DNA of 64,000 nt, taken from assembly GCF_001194135.2 (NCBI RefSeq), contig NC_068987.1, positions 24,174,581-24,238,580 of the forward strand, given 5' to 3'. Of this stretch, positions 12,550 through 25,738 are shown piece by piece. The translations under genes and the position numbers were made by a program. This DNA is from Octopus bimaculoides (taxonomy: Eukaryota). The notes below the pieces were generated by a model. That model had not been told where the DNA came from, did not search any database, and worked only from the letters and a program-made list of their open reading frames with translations. Numbering within the stretch: position 1 is the stretch's first letter; every line of letters begins with the position of its first letter.

Positions 12550-13983
12550 ATGGAGGATAAACTGGATGAAAGCCAGGCTTCTGAAAAACAACCTGAATCT
12601 GATGACATAACTAATCAGGAGTGTGTAGATACACAGAAGAAAGCCTATCATTTTGACATTCGTAAGAAGACATTCTCACAATATAATGTCCTTCTTACAA
12701 GCATAAAACTTAAATATTCTAAAATGTGTAACAAAACATCTGCTAAAAATCGTTCATTCTCTAAGGGTGTTCAATCAGATCAGACTGGTTTTGAATGCTT
12801 AATCTGTGGTAAAACATTTTCTCGGAGATGTTATCTGAGAAGGCACAAAACTATACACAGAAGTATTAAACCATATCGATGTGACATTTGTGATAAAGCC
12901 TTTTCTCAGAGCAGCACTTTGACTAATCATAGACGTATTCATACTGATGAAAAGCCATATCATTGTAAGGTTTGTGGCAGAAGGTTTACACAGAATGGTC
13001 ATTTGAGTAGACACAAGTATATTCACTCAGGAGAGAAACCACACCGCTGCGACATCTGTGGGAAATCGTTCTCACAGATTGACAGTTTAACTCGTCACAA
13101 ACTTATTCATACGGGAGAAAAACCATATCAGTGTGGTATTTGTGGTAAAACATTCTCTCGAAGCTCTTATCTGAATGTTCACAAATCAGTTCACACAAAT
13201 GAAAGGCCACATCGTTGTGATGTCTGTGGTAAAGCATTCTCTGGAAGAAGTACTTTGACTAATCACAAACGTATTCACACTGGGGAAAAACCATACCATT
13301 GTGGTATCTGTGGTAAAACTTTCTCTGGAGGTAATAGTTTGACTAGTCACATACAAGGTCACACAGGAAATAAACCATACCACTGTGATATTTGTGGTAA
13401 AACATTCTCTAGCAGTAGTAGACTAACTAATCACATACGCATCCACACAGGTGAGAAACCTTACCACTGTAACACCTGTGGTAAAGCATTTTCTCAAAAT
13501 AGCCATTTAACTCAACATGTACGGGTTCATACAGGTGAGAAGCCACACCACTGTGATATATGTGGTAAAACATTCACTCAAAGAGGTCATTTAACGATTC
13601 ATATACGTGGGCATACAGGTGAAAGGCCATATAGCTGTGATATTTGTGGTAAAGCTTATGCTGATAATCAAAGTTTAACTCGTCACAAACCTGTTCACAC
13701 AGGTGACCATCCACATCGTTGTGATGTTTGTGGAAAAGCATTCACTCAGAGCACACATTTAAAAATTCATCTTCGTGGCCACACAGGTGAAAGACCATTT
13801 AGTTGTGATATTTGTGGTAAAACATTCTCTGATAATCAGCATTTAACTCGTCACAGACCTGTTCACACAGGTGAGAAACCATATGGTTGCGATATCTGTG
13901 ATAAAACTTTCTCTATAAAAAGGAGTTTGGCTAATCACAAGAAAAAGGTACATGGAAAACAAACCATAAAACAAGAGAAATAG
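12550..13983 (+). CDS. Poly-C2H2 zinc finger protein Z2 (477 aa, 14 fingers), paralog of Z1
   Basis: ORF 12469..13983 with ATG at 12550 (MEDKL). Fingers are colinear with Z1 and the C-terminal QTIKQE tail is shared. Confidence 0.93.
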   Translation: MEDKLDESQASEKQPESDDITNQECVDTQKKAYHFDIRKKTFSQYNVLLTSIKLKYSKMCNKTSAKNRSFSKGVQSDQTGFECLICGKTFSRRCYLRRHKTIHRSIKPYRCDICDKAFSQSSTLTNHRRIHTDEKPYHCKVCGRRFTQNGHLSRHKYIHSGEKPHRCDICGKSFSQIDSLTRHKLIHTGEKPYQCGICGKTFSRSSYLNVHKSVHTNERPHRCDVCGKAFSGRSTLTNHKRIHTGEKPYHCGICGKTFSGGNSLTSHIQGHTGNKPYHCDICGKTFSSSSRLTNHIRIHTGEKPYHCNTCGKAFSQNSHLTQHVRVHTGEKPHHCDICGKTFTQRGHLTIHIRGHTGERPYSCDICGKAYADNQSLTRHKPVHTGDHPHRCDVCGKAFTQSTHLKIHLRGHTGERPFSCDICGKTFSDNQHLTRHRPVHTGEKPYGCDICDKTFSIKRSLANHKKKVHGKQTIKQEK

Positions 13984-16585
13984 TTGGAAAAACTTGTATA
14001 AATTCATATATTATGACACCACAAAGAAATTCCTGTAAAACAATGCAAGGAAATTTTATATATTACAGAGAATTAATGAAAGCCATGCTTATATAATGTT
14101 ACCTGAGTTATTTGAGAATATTTTGTAATATCTGAAATTAAATTATAAATCACAGTGTTATAATATCTCGTAATTGTTAATATTGTAAACCAATCAGCTG
14201 TATCAAATACCAGCCAGATGGTCGAGATGATTGAACAATTCTTTAATGAAATTATACACACAGATTGATTATTAAAAAAAAAGCTTCACTGTAAGGTTTT
14301 CAGGTTATAATTTTTTTTTTTTCAGACAATCATAAGTTGAACATTAATTTTTTTCCCCCAGTTGTACATGTAACAATATTAACATTTATATGGTACAATG
14401 TCAGTGTAATTACCAAATGAATTGTAATATTTTATAATTAAACTTTATGTAAATGTGATTCACTTTACTGATTCATTCTGGATTAACTTTAATATCTAAT
14501 TTGGTTACTCAAAAATTGTTCACTATTTTGATACTATGAACTGTTGAGAGTTGTGTTTTGGGAGTTCAGAGTTGCAATCTAGAAAACAATCTATTTCATC
14601 TGTCCTTTCTACTACAGCATGTGTACTTGAAAGAGGGTTGATTTTCTGTAAAAAGAAAGAAGCTCCCTTGCAGATTACTGCAAAGAATATAAAAACAAAA
14701 TTATAAAGTTAAGAATAGTCATGAACTTAGAATAGACAATGTAAAAGTTAGATGTCCCTGAAAGGAATTAGAAAAATATGTTAGGGATTATAGCATAGCG
14801 AAGTATTAGGTACAAATAAAGCATAACATGTTGTAAAAGACTTATTGTACAAGTAGAGCAGGTCCACCCAGCCATGCAGGGGACATTATAACAGTGGAAT
14901 TGTGAGGTAGAAGGGTTATCAAAGGTGAGAAATTTTGAAGAGATAAAAAGTGTGTAATGCCAAGAAATACCTAGACCCTAGGCTGGATGATACATGCCAG
15001 GTGTGCCTTGCTAGAAATTTGTTACTGTTTTACATTAAGGTGAAGTGTTTCAAATTGTATAATAGTATATATATGTGAATTACAATGTCACTGTGGGGAA
15101 AGTGTATCCAAAATGATATGAATGTATCAGTGTCATAACTTAAATAAAGAAACTGAAGGTATAGCAAAAGCATAGTTCTATTGATATTAGCTGAAAGTCT
15201 AGCTGTAGTGATCAATGTGAGTTTGTTAATAAAACAATTGAAAGGACAAGAAAATGTTATAGTTTCCTCAAAGATTGTTCAGACAATGAGGATAGGGTGG
15301 TGTTAAGCTAATTACTTAGTTTATGAGATTATATAGTAAGGTACTTTTGAAAATGACAGGATAGCATCATGTACTGTGAGAAAATACAAATGTCAGTTAA
15401 CGATGGTTGTAAGTAATCAGGAAAATTACTACAAGAGAGTTAACAGTTGAGAATGTAGTTTGACTTTGTATAAAGACATGAACTCACAGATACTATATAT
15501 TTCTTGGGATAATTGTTGGAAGTTAGTAACCCGGAACTAAATCAACACCTTGGCTTTTGGTATTTAGAAAATGTCTTTGGTGGGTTAGACTGGTGGACAA
15601 TGAGAAATTTGGGTATGTACAAAGGTAGAAAAAGTAGTTAAGGGTGTATTTAATGGTGCTATCAATAAGACAAGTAGTTAATAAATCAGTATTGTTGTAG
15701 GAGTTAATTAGAAATTAAGTTCCATCATTATTTCTGTTCAGATATGTGTATATGTATGTGTACCATTCTTTACTATAGGCAATTGCCCATACTTGTCTGA
15801 AAGTCTCCTAAAAACTTCAGTTGCTGAAACTAGAGAAAATCTTTTAGAGATGTAGCATTTGCTTAATTCTTCATATTACTTAATTCAAATGCTGAGGTAA
15901 AAACATTATTCCTTATTCAGTAGCATGAATGTTATATAATTTTCTAACATAAAAGTAAGATAAATATATAAATGAACTGGATTCTTTGAGATGTTATGAA
16001 TAATTTAAATATACTTGACTTCATTTGCATATGCAGTTGGTCATTTTACATAGAACTGATGCTAAATGTTTTGATGCTTTGAAAAGTTATGCAATTAAAA
16101 TAAGTGATGTCTGCAGCATTATATACACACACACATACTAGAGCATTACCTGTCATTTTCAAAATATACTTTTGCCCTCATCCACAGATAATATCAGAAT
16201 ATACGACAGACAATAATAATATAACTTTTATCAAATTTCATGGTACGTATACAAAATGATGAAATGATTACAAATTTTCGAAAGAAATGTATTTACTTTA
16301 AAATTAGATAAAACAAATTTTTCATTTGTATATTTGCAATAAATACATTGTTTTCTAAATTTTCTCAATACAATAGCAATCCACTTCATCACAAACCTGT
16401 CTGCAAAATTTCATAAAAAGAATGTGCATTAATCAGAAAATTATAAGACACTCAACCTGCACCTCTTATGTTAACTCTGTAGTTGTCCTTTACTTTCTGT
16501 ATACAATGTAAAGTGTAACTGGAGAAATCAACTAACCAATATTTATATCAAATATTATTGTGTATATATATATATATGTGTGTGT

Positions 16586-16740
16586 GTATCATCATCATCA
16601 TCAGTTTAATGTCCACTTTTCCATACTTGCATGGTTCAGACAGAGTTCGTTGAGCGAAATTTTGTATGGCTGGATGCCCATCGTGTCACTTGTTTCCAAA
16701 TAAACTCATATTTTTTCATGGAAGATAAGAAATGAACATC
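16586..16740 (-). mobile_element. RTE-tailed SINE fragment
   Basis: (CAT)n TTTAATGTCCACTTTTCCATACTTGCATGG tail. Confidence 0.6.
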
Positions 16741-16794
16741 ATATAACAGTAATGCTTGGTTTACAACTATTAGTGATGTTCAAGGAAGGAGACA

Positions 16795-18125
16795 CACATC
16801 ATCATCAGCATTTAACTTTACTGGAAGGGTGAAGGATCCTGTTCGATATCTTGCTTACTAGGACCTTGGTCTTTGCTAAGTTTACTTTAAGACCCTTTGA
16901 TTCCAGGTTCTGTTTCCACACCTGGAATTTCTTTTCTAATTCTGTTCCAGATTCTGCTATGAGAGCAAGATCATCAGCATATAGTAGTTCCCATGAGCTT
17001 CCAGTCTTAAATTCCTGTTATGGCCTGGAGGACAACGATGAATAGGAGGGGGCTGAGGACCAAGCTTTGGTGAATACCTACTTGTTCACTAAATTCATCG
17101 CTGTACCAGTGGCCAACTCTTACCTTACCAACAGCACTCCTGTACGTGGCCTGTGCTGCTTTTACAAGCCAATCATCTATCCCTAGCTTCCACTTCCTTA
17201 GAGTCCAACATATCACAGATTGAGGTATTCTGTCAAAGGCTTTCTCTAGATCAACAAATGCCAAGTACAACAGCTTGTTCTTAGCTAAATACTCCTCTTG
17301 CAGTTGCCTGACTATGACAATATTATCTGTGGTACTTTTCCCTGGATTTCATCTGGTCTAATTCTGTTCCTAATTAATTGGGCTATAACTCTCTCTGCCA
17401 CTTTCATCACCTGGTCCAGCAATTTGATGCCTCTATAATTACTTCTATTTAAGGCATCTTCTTTGCCCTTGTAACAGCTGACTATGATACTGCTGTGCCA
17501 GTCACTAGGGATTATGCCTTCTTGCATAACCAGATTAACTATACAGGTAACTAGACTGTATCCATCTCTATCTGATATCTTAAGCATCTCAGCAGTGGCT
17601 CCTGATGGATCAGGGGCCTTTCCTGTCTTCATATTTTTAATTGCATTTTCTATGATGCTGTTGTCAACTAGACTAGCTGGTACCTCTGTTGGATTCACAT
17701 GAGGAAGATTCCCTTTCTCCCATTCATTCTCTGCATTTAATAGTTTTTCATAGTAGCTCTTCCATGCCACTTTCTTTTCAGGATCACTAAGAGCAAGTGT
17801 ACCACTGTCTGTACACACTTCTCTCCCACAACATCTTGATTATCTCTCACACACTGTGTAGCAAATCTGGAATACCTCAAGTATCTGATCTTTGTGCTGC
17901 AAGACATTGGCAGACTACTTTCCTTCTGCATCTGCCTATCTGAATATACCTGATGGCTAGTTTCTCTTTTAGCTATCTGATATGGTTTTTTGCTACCACC
18001 ATTCTTCCAGTCTTTCCAACCCCATCTCTTCTCTTTTATAATCTTGTTGACCTCACTCTTCCAGTGCCATGTGACCCTTGATCTAGTGGAAGCTTTGCTC
18101 CAACCACAGGTTTAATCTGTCATCT
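16795..18125 (-). mobile_element. RTE-type LINE reverse transcriptase fragment (pseudogenised)
   Basis: Track ORFs 17007..17270 (LAFVDLEKAFDRIP; VGIHQSLVLSPLLFIVV) and 17312..17818 (KTGKAPDPSG; NYRGIKLLDQVMKV). Confidence 0.9.
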
Positions 18126-18131
18126 TCAGTA

Positions 18132-18305
18132 CACGCACACACACACAGACTTCTTTCAGTTTCTGCCAGCCAAATCCAATCACAAGGTTTTGGTTAGCCC
18201 TAGGCTATAGCAGAAGACACTTGCCCAAGGTACCATGCTGTGAGAATGAATCTAAAAGCAAGTGGTTGAGAAGCAGACTTCTTGACCAAACAGCCATGCC
18301 TGTGT
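18132..18305 (-). mobile_element. tRNA-derived SINE
   Basis: The reverse strand begins GGCATGGCTGTTTGGTCAAGAAG, contains CTTGGGCAAGTGTCTTCT and ends in (TG)n. Confidence 0.7.
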
Positions 18306-18734
18306 GTGTAAATTTATATTCATATTAAATGTGTATTATATTTAATATTTCACTCAGTCATTGCTGTTGGCTTCAAGAAGCCAAGCTGCTATCTCTTATT
18401 CAACCTATGGACAAGTAATGGAAGTGAGCACAAAAAAATATATACTATTTATAGTCTTCTCTTCTATTCCTCATCAAATTCATTTTACTGCATTTGTTAT
18501 TTCAATCAAATACAGTTAGCTGAAATTTATTAGTGTTTAGGTATAACAGATGAAATAAAATGTAGAGATGGACATTCAGAAGCCTCCAGCGAATTTTGAT
18601 AAAGCTGTCATTACCCTATCTCAGTAACATCTTTTGACAGCTAAACACAGTCCACCTCTACCAACATCATGAAGAAAGCATCATTCTCCACTGCATGGCC
18701 TTTGTTTCATGGTGGCTCAGAAGCTTTTTAATCA

Positions 18735-18952
18735 CACAGCCAGAAATCCTTTCTACTATAGGCACAAGGCCTGAAATTTTAGGGGAGCAGGAAAGTTGAT
18801 TACATCAACCTCAGTCCACAACTGGTATTTGTTTTATCAACCCTGAAAGGATGTAAGGCAAAGTCAACCTCTGTGAAATTTGAACTCAGAACATGGACAA
18901 AATGCCACTAAGCATTTTGCCTAGTAGGTAACGATTCTGCCAGCTCACCACT
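18735..18952 (+). mobile_element. SINE fragment (same family as 7030-7203)
   Basis: Shared core motifs with the 7030 copy. Confidence 0.65.
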
Positions 18953-20359
18953 TTGAAACCATCACATATCTACCTCATTAATGTTCGGTGAAGGCAGGTG
19001 TTGAACTCACAATTGTAAGTTTGTGGTTTCAATTCCCAAACTGGATAGAGCATAGTGTTCTTGAGCAAAACACTTCATTTTACATTGCTTCAATCTACTC
19101 TATTCAAAATAAGCACCAGCAGCATCTGGAGTTTAATCCTGCAGCAGACTGATGCCCTTTGAGGGCAGGGTAAGGGGTATTATATCTGCCCAGTCATTTT
19201 AAAGCTATGGATACAGGGATAAGTTCTAGTCTAATGTACTTCTAGATTTGTGACAAATTCTATTTACTTTTTTTTTTAACTTCTCCATATTAACATTTCT
19301 GATAGCCTGTTCACATTTGTAAACCGGCAAGACATTAAATTAATTAAAAATAGATCAACTAGAAATATAAATAATATAACCCTTTTGTTACCTTATTTTT
19401 GTTGAAATATACCACCTTTCAATTCATTTTGAAAATTATGAAGAATTAAGTAAAATAATTTTATCAATATTAAGTTGATATTTGAAACATAATTTAAAAT
19501 TTTGATATAAAGTTTAATTGAGATCTCTTTTAAAGTGGAAATTTGTATCACAGAACTAGGGGTAGTCTTGAGTGGAATGATATCAAAAGGGTTAAGGAAA
19601 GGGTAATTTATTAATCAGGAAACAGTATACAAACTCCATTGTTGACAGGTTTTGACCAGTTTAACCCTCTAGCTTTCAGATTATTCTGTCAAATGTAATG
19701 CTTATTTATTCACATTGTTTTGAACTTATCCTGCATTTTCTTGTAGCTGTGAGATTATATATTTTTTAAACTAACATTGTAGGGTAGGCATGAGAGGCTG
19801 GATCTGGCCAGTTTGAACATAAAATAGGAAGAATATTTTGGCTGGATATGGTCAGTTTAAAAGCTAAAGGGTCAATGCTTATATTAACACAAGTACTTTT
19901 GCATTCAGTTGTTTTATTATGTTGCAAAGGATTCTGGAACAGTATAGAATTTCAGTCTGACACAAATAATAGGTCTTGCTTTTTCTCATTTTGCCATGCT
20001 GGTTATGTTTCCATGAGTTCAGAATAATGGAATAATCAGTCTTTGTGAATCCATGCAATGTGTTATGGGTTTTCTTTTTTACACCAGAAACTGGAGATTA
20101 TAGTCTTCTACAGTATTAACAGGTTTGATACTAGTTCAGCCATTTATTTCTCAGTGTACATAACCAACTCTAGTATTAAATAAAGTAAATAAAACATACA
20201 GTGTTATAGAGCAGGTAAAACAATGCTGTCAGAATAAAGTTATTGTAAAACTGTTTCAATAGACAACAAAATAAAGAAAGAAGACTAGTCTGTATGAACT
20301 GTAGAAGTGAACAATGTTTATTTTATAGTTATTAGAGTTAAAATTCCTCAAATTTTCTA

Positions 20360-20652
20360 TCATCATCATCATCATCATCATCATTTAACGTCCACTTTCC
20401 ATGCTAGCATGGGTTGGATGATTTGACTGAGGACTGGCTACACCAGGCTCCAATCTGATTTGGCAGAGTTTCTACAGCTGGATGCCCTTCCTAACGCCAA
20501 CCACTCCGAGAGTGTAGTGGGTGCTTTTACGTGCCACCAGCACGAAGGCCAGTCAGGTGGTACTGGCAACGGCCACGCTCAAAATGGTGTATTTTACATG
20601 CCACCTGCACAGGAGCCAGTCCAGCGGCACTGGCACGATCTCGCTCGAATGT
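20360..20652 (-). mobile_element. Young RTE-tailed SINE
   Basis: (CAT)n tail and near identity to 46250-46530. Confidence 0.8.
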
Positions 20653-21348
20653 CTTTATCATAAACCAATGTTCTACAGCCTAAATGACTCAGTCCCTGGT
20701 TATATACTATTTCAGTCGAGTTGAAGAATACATTGTACATTGTTTGCTATATCATTTTTGCTTGTGCATTAAGTTAATTTTGCTTCTGGTTCATCAGTAA
20801 ATTTATTCACATATAATTAATGAGCTTTATGTCAGCCTTTAAAAGACAGAAAATTAAACACTCCAAGTTATCAAATAACTTATTGATTTGACTAAGTGGT
20901 TGATAAATCAAATCAAGGAGTGGCAACATAGAGCTTGAGAGGACATTTTAGTCAAAATGATAGCAAGGGAACCTCTACAGTGATGGTTCCACAAAAAATG
21001 CATCCTGTTCACTGTGAAGTGACTGATGTTAGGAAGGACATATAGCTGTAGAAACCATACAAGATCTGAGACAATGGAACAAGATGTAATCCTCCAGCCA
21101 GTTAGATTTTGTTGAACTGTCCAATATGGAAAACATATAAATAAATTTCTGTGCTACATGCAGTAGGAAGTTGTTCCTACAATACCATACCTATTGCAAT
21201 AGCTAGAATTAGTGAATTGAAGACAGAATACAAACTGCAAACATTTAAACTGGGTAAATGCTATGCTATTTATTCAGCCATTCTTGCTCTCCACAGTGTT
21301 ATAGGTTCTCATAAATGCCAATATGCATTTGAGATTTGAAGTTTTAAT

Positions 21349-22548
21349 TCAGCATTTTGATTTCTCATTTGTATGAACACGTCTGTGAGAAATCAAACTA
21401 CCACTCTGAGTGAAAGTTTTATCACAGATATCACAGTGGTAGGGTTTTTCCCCTGTATGAATACGTCTGTGAATCGTTACACTATTACTCCGAGTGAAAG
21501 TTTTACCACAGATATCACAGTGGTATGATTTCTCATTCGTATGAAAACGCCGGTGAGAAATCAAACTACCACTCTGAGTGAAAGTTTTATCACAGATATC
21601 ACAGTGGTAGGGTTTTTCCCCTGTATGAATACGTCTGTGAATAGTTACACTATTACTCCGAGTGAAATTTTTACCACAGATATCACATTGGTATGGTTTC
21701 TCATTTGTATGAATACTTCTATGATTAGTTAAAGTAGTACTCTGAGAGAAAGTTTTATCACAGATATCACAATGGTATGGTTTTTCACCAGTATGAATAC
21801 GTCTATGATCAAGCATGCTACCTCTGTGTAAGAAAGATTTACCACAGATATCACAATGATAGGGTTTTTCACCAGTATGAACACGTATGTGATAAGTTAA
21901 ACTACTGTGGTGAGCAAAATCTTTCCCACAGATCTCGCAATGGTATGGTTTTTCACCAGTGTGAACACGTATGTGATAAGTTAAGCTACTATGGTAAGCA
22001 AAATCTTTACCACAAACATCACAATGGTATGGTTTTTCCCCAGTATGAATTCGTTGATGCACAAGCATTCCATCTTTCTGTGAGAAGGATTTACCACAAA
22101 TCTCACAATGGTATGGTTTGTCATCTGTGTGAACACGTTTGTGAGTAATTAACTGATAACTCATTGAGAATGCTTTACCACAAATACCACATTGATGTCG
22201 TTTCTCACCTGTGTGAACACTTTTATGACTAATTAACTGTCCTCTCTCAGAGAATGTGTCACCACAGATATCACAGTGGTATGGTTTCTCACCTGTATGA
22301 ATACGTTTATGTACAGACAAAAAGCCTTTAACCATGAACTTTTTACCACAAATATCACATCGATAACGCAATGAACTTGTGTTAATAAATTTCGGTCCAC
22401 TGATATTACTATTATGCGTAAATGTTTTAGATGACTTATCAGGTAGTTTTAATTTCTTCCCAGTATTTATCAGTCTTTTATGAAATACACGAGTATTCTT
22501 GGAGAGGTTTTCACCCTCAACCTCACTCCCACACAGTTTATCTTCCAT
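21349..22548 (-). CDS. Poly-C2H2 zinc finger protein Z3 (399 aa, 12 fingers)
   Basis: Track ORF starts at TTG 22671. ATG at 22548 (MEDKLCG), with an alternative ATG at 22563. Twelve canonical fingers. Confidence 0.93.
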   Translation of the reverse strand: MEDKLCGSEVEGENLSKNTRVFHKRLINTGKKLKLPDKSSKTFTHNSNISGPKFINTSSLRYRCDICGKKFMVKGFLSVHKRIHTGEKPYHCDICGDTFSERGQLISHKSVHTGEKRHQCGICGKAFSMSYQLITHKRVHTDDKPYHCEICGKSFSQKDGMLVHQRIHTGEKPYHCDVCGKDFAYHSSLTYHIRVHTGEKPYHCEICGKDFAHHSSLTYHIRVHTGEKPYHCDICGKSFLHRGSMLDHRRIHTGEKPYHCDICDKTFSQSTTLTNHRSIHTNEKPYQCDICGKNFTRSNSVTIHRRIHTGEKPYHCDICDKTFTQSGSLISHRRFHTNEKSYHCDICGKTFTRSNSVTIHRRIHTGEKPYHCDICDKTFTQSGSLISHRRVHTNEKSKC

Positions 22549-23356
22549 AATTTCTTCTTGCATCAATATTTCAAAAAAGAAGCATATATCAGATACTACA
22601 GAAAAACAGTTGTAGTATAATGTCAAAACTTCTTTAATATGACTGCCACCACCCAGCCAGTATATTTCCAATCAACACAATTGTTAATTAAATAAAATCT
22701 TTTAGAGTAATCTAATCACAGTTAGATAAACAATGCCACAAGCCTTCTTGATGATTATGTCATTCTGTAGTTTTTAAACTTTCTTACTTTTGTAAATATA
22801 TCTTCTCTCAATGTTACCAAAAAATCTGAAAAAAAAAAGACATAACAGATAAGCAACAATGATATACTAAGATGGAAGTTATTTAAGATAAGATGATATT
22901 TGATGGCATAGTCAAAGTCAATTACAAAAGTTTAAAACTTAACTACATTTTGATATCCTTCAGACTATATCAATTATATAGAAATATCAATAAAGTATTT
23001 TTTTTTTAATACTATTTTTAACTCCCCATTATGTTCAGCATCATGTCATGAACAAATGTATCATAAAAAGGCTCACAGTGTAAGCTTTTGTCAGTGAGCT
23101 TGTCTTCAGGTTTTTTTCTTCATATTGAACCACCCACACACTGCTCCTTTTTTGTAAGTATATCAATCAGAAAAAAAATCGTATGACAGATATAACAATT
23201 CAAAAACTTTTTGTCATAGTAAAATAAGAAATTGCATACACTATCAAAGAGTGTGGAAAAATTATAACTAAAGCTAGATATCTGACATGTGTGCATTTAC
23301 AAAGATTTTGATTACAACCATAAAGAAAAAAAAAATCATAAAATAGTTTTATTTTT

Positions 23357-23769
23357 GGCACTGTCATGGTATTAGCTGTCAGAAGTGAAAGTAGAAAAAT
23401 CTGACAAGGAACGTTACTGCTGGTTTGAGTTGATTCTTTGGCTACTGACAGCTAATACCATGACAGTGCCTTATTTTTTAATTGGAAACTGATCAGGGTT
23501 GAGGTATTTAATGCTTCTTACTACGCACTGGAGAGCTAGTCATACTTATTCTAGANNNNNNNNNNTGCGTTTTCTAATTTGATAAATTCTACGGACACAG
23601 AGGTGAACGAGTGATAGATAGATATATAGAGAGAGATAGATAGTGAGATAGACAGACAGACAGATAGATAGCTCCGGCTAGTCAGTAGCCAAAGAATCAA
23701 CTCAAACCAGCAGTAACGTTCCTTGTCAGTTCTACTTTCACTTCTGACAGCTAATACCATGACAGTGCC
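23357..23769. mobile_element. Merlin-like MITE (partly collapsed at an assembly gap)
   Basis: GGCACTGTCATGGTATTAGCTGTCAG termini and 8-bp TSD TTATTTTT (23349-23356 and 23770-23777). Same family as 38649-39229, in the opposite orientation. The superfamily is inferred from the GG termini and 8-bp TSD. Confidence 0.75.
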
Positions 23770-23861
23770 TTATTTTTTAATTGGAAACTGATCAGGGTTG
23801 AGGTATTTAATGCTTCTTACTACGCACTGGAGAGCTAGTCATACTTATTCTAGATGATGGT

Positions 23862-24105
23862 GTTCAGGGAGCTAAGCAAAGACCTATTTTACACAATGGA
23901 ATTTAGGGAGTTAAACAAACCCCCATTCAAGGCAATGAAGTTTAGGGAATTTGTCAAAACACTCAGTCTATGACATTTCGGGAGTTGAGCAAATAACCAT
24001 TCTAGACAATGGAGTTTAGAGAGTTAGACAAAGACCCATTCTAAACAATAGAGTTTAGGAAGCTAACCAAACACTTCTAGATTCCATTAAGTCTAGGGAG
24101 CTGCT
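23862..24105. repeat. About 39-bp minisatellite, roughly 7 units
   Basis: Units start near 23862, 23901, 23940, 23975, 24013, 24052 and 24091. Consensus is approximately GTTTAGGGAGTTAGACAAAGACCCATTCTAGACAATGGA. Confidence 0.75.
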
Positions 24106-25582
24106 AGGTAAGCTGCTATTCTGTTTTAGTTACCTTGGTAAATATAGTATCGAAGATTACGTTTGTGATTAGGGCATAAACTAAAAATTTCGCTTTCAGA
24201 CATTGTTTCATTCTACGTGTTCGATTCGGACCGACATTATCGAGATAACATTTCTAATTGAGAGATAAATATACTCAGCCAAACAGGAACGTGGGAAACT
24301 TATATTTAAACGCGTACTTCCCCCGGATAAAGCCGAACGACGCCAAATGCGATCCCCTTGCAAAGAGAATTTTTCAACTAATCTAGTCATTTATGTATTC
24401 CAAACTCTGAATAGCGGCTAAAACAAGCAAAATGATATAACCTAACAACCACTGATAAAAAGCAGATATTTCCCTATACATTCTTCGAGACATCCAAGTA
24501 ACACAAGATGTAGTTAATGTAGATGGATATTTTACTTACATAACAATTAAGTCCCAATTTGATATACGTGGTCTCTAAAGTGGACAGGTAATTAATACGG
24601 TCAGTGATTGCTGTAAATAGACAACTGAATTTCAACGATAAAGCTTAAAGAAGTTAACATCGCTATTCCAGTTGATTCTCCTTACATACCAATTGCAAAG
24701 TACATTGACGAGATAAACAACACCAGCGAAGTCTATTTTGATTACACTAAACAATGTCAGGGGAGTTAACTCTACCATCACTAATAACTCACTAAATATA
24801 TAAAGCTCTTCCATAAATAGTTGCTAACGTTAAGCCCAAAACGTATTAATGTGACTAAACTATTTGGAGAATCTCTAGCAAATTAATAAGGTTTCAGTCA
24901 ATCTGAAGTGGAATAATTAACTTGGCATCCTAATTCAAAAAGAAAAGCAATCATTACCTCAAACGCTTTCGTAGAAACGGAACTAGAACTCTTTTATAGA
25001 AAAAGCAATTTGCATAAAATATTCAACACTATAATTAATTCTCTCTTTCTCACACACAGAGCAATGCCACTGTTAATTAAAAGAAATAAATAATTAAAAA
25101 TATGAGGAAAGAACCTAAAGATAACGTAATGTCAAGTCATAATTCATATAATGCAGTATATTCCATTTCAATATATCAGGCGTTGCTTAATATGATTGAT
25201 ATGTGATTTTAATTATCCACAATTAATTATGAAAAAAAAACAAGGTATTTACGTAATCAGTGCTATCAAACAGGTTTTCTTTCATGTTTGATGTATTGAA
25301 TAAGAATTAAGTGTAATTTCGTTTACAGATATATCTTAATGTTCCCTTTCAAAACATAATTCACTTGCAAATCTTTCTCTGATCTTAGAATAAACCTCAA
25401 TCTTCACTCAGGTTTTTCAAATAGTCTTTTCTAAGGGAGAATTAATTTAAACTAAACTGAATATGTCACTATATTCTTAGAAATTCTATCAAATACAGCA
25501 CAGTTTATTTAACTTAATATATTTATGAATAAAAGAACTTTTTAAAGGGTTAAAAGTTGACATTGTCAAATTAATGATAGGT

Positions 25583-25738
25583 GCAGGCGTGGCTGTGTGG
25601 TAAGAAGCTTGCTTCCCAACTTCATGGTTCTGGGTGGCAACTTGGGCAAGTATTTTCTACTATAACCTCGGACCAAACCAAGCCTTGTGACTGAATTTCG
25701 TAGATGGAAACTGAAAGAAACCTGTTGTGTGTGTGTAT
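25583..25738 (+). mobile_element. tRNA-derived SINE
   Basis: GGCGTGGCTGTGTGGTAAGAAGCTTGCTTCCCAAC head, CTTGGGCAAGT core and (TG)n tail. Confidence 0.75.

Noticed and set aside
22549-22671. N-terminal extensions in the ORF track (MEIYWLG..., MKSFREF..., MQNKNY...)
   Set aside because: They start at TTG or other non-ATG codons, and the paralogs align only from the MExxL methionine.
23471-23854. Apparent invertible segment: same 85-bp flank on both sides of the N gap with opposite inner orientation
   Set aside because: Best explained as mis-assembly of the long-TIR MITE, whose internal inverted terminal copy permits a false join. The intact copy at 38649 shows the real structure.
25583-25660. 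tRNA-like sequences
   Set aside because: They are SINE heads followed by SINE cores and microsatellite tails, with no complete cloverleaf.
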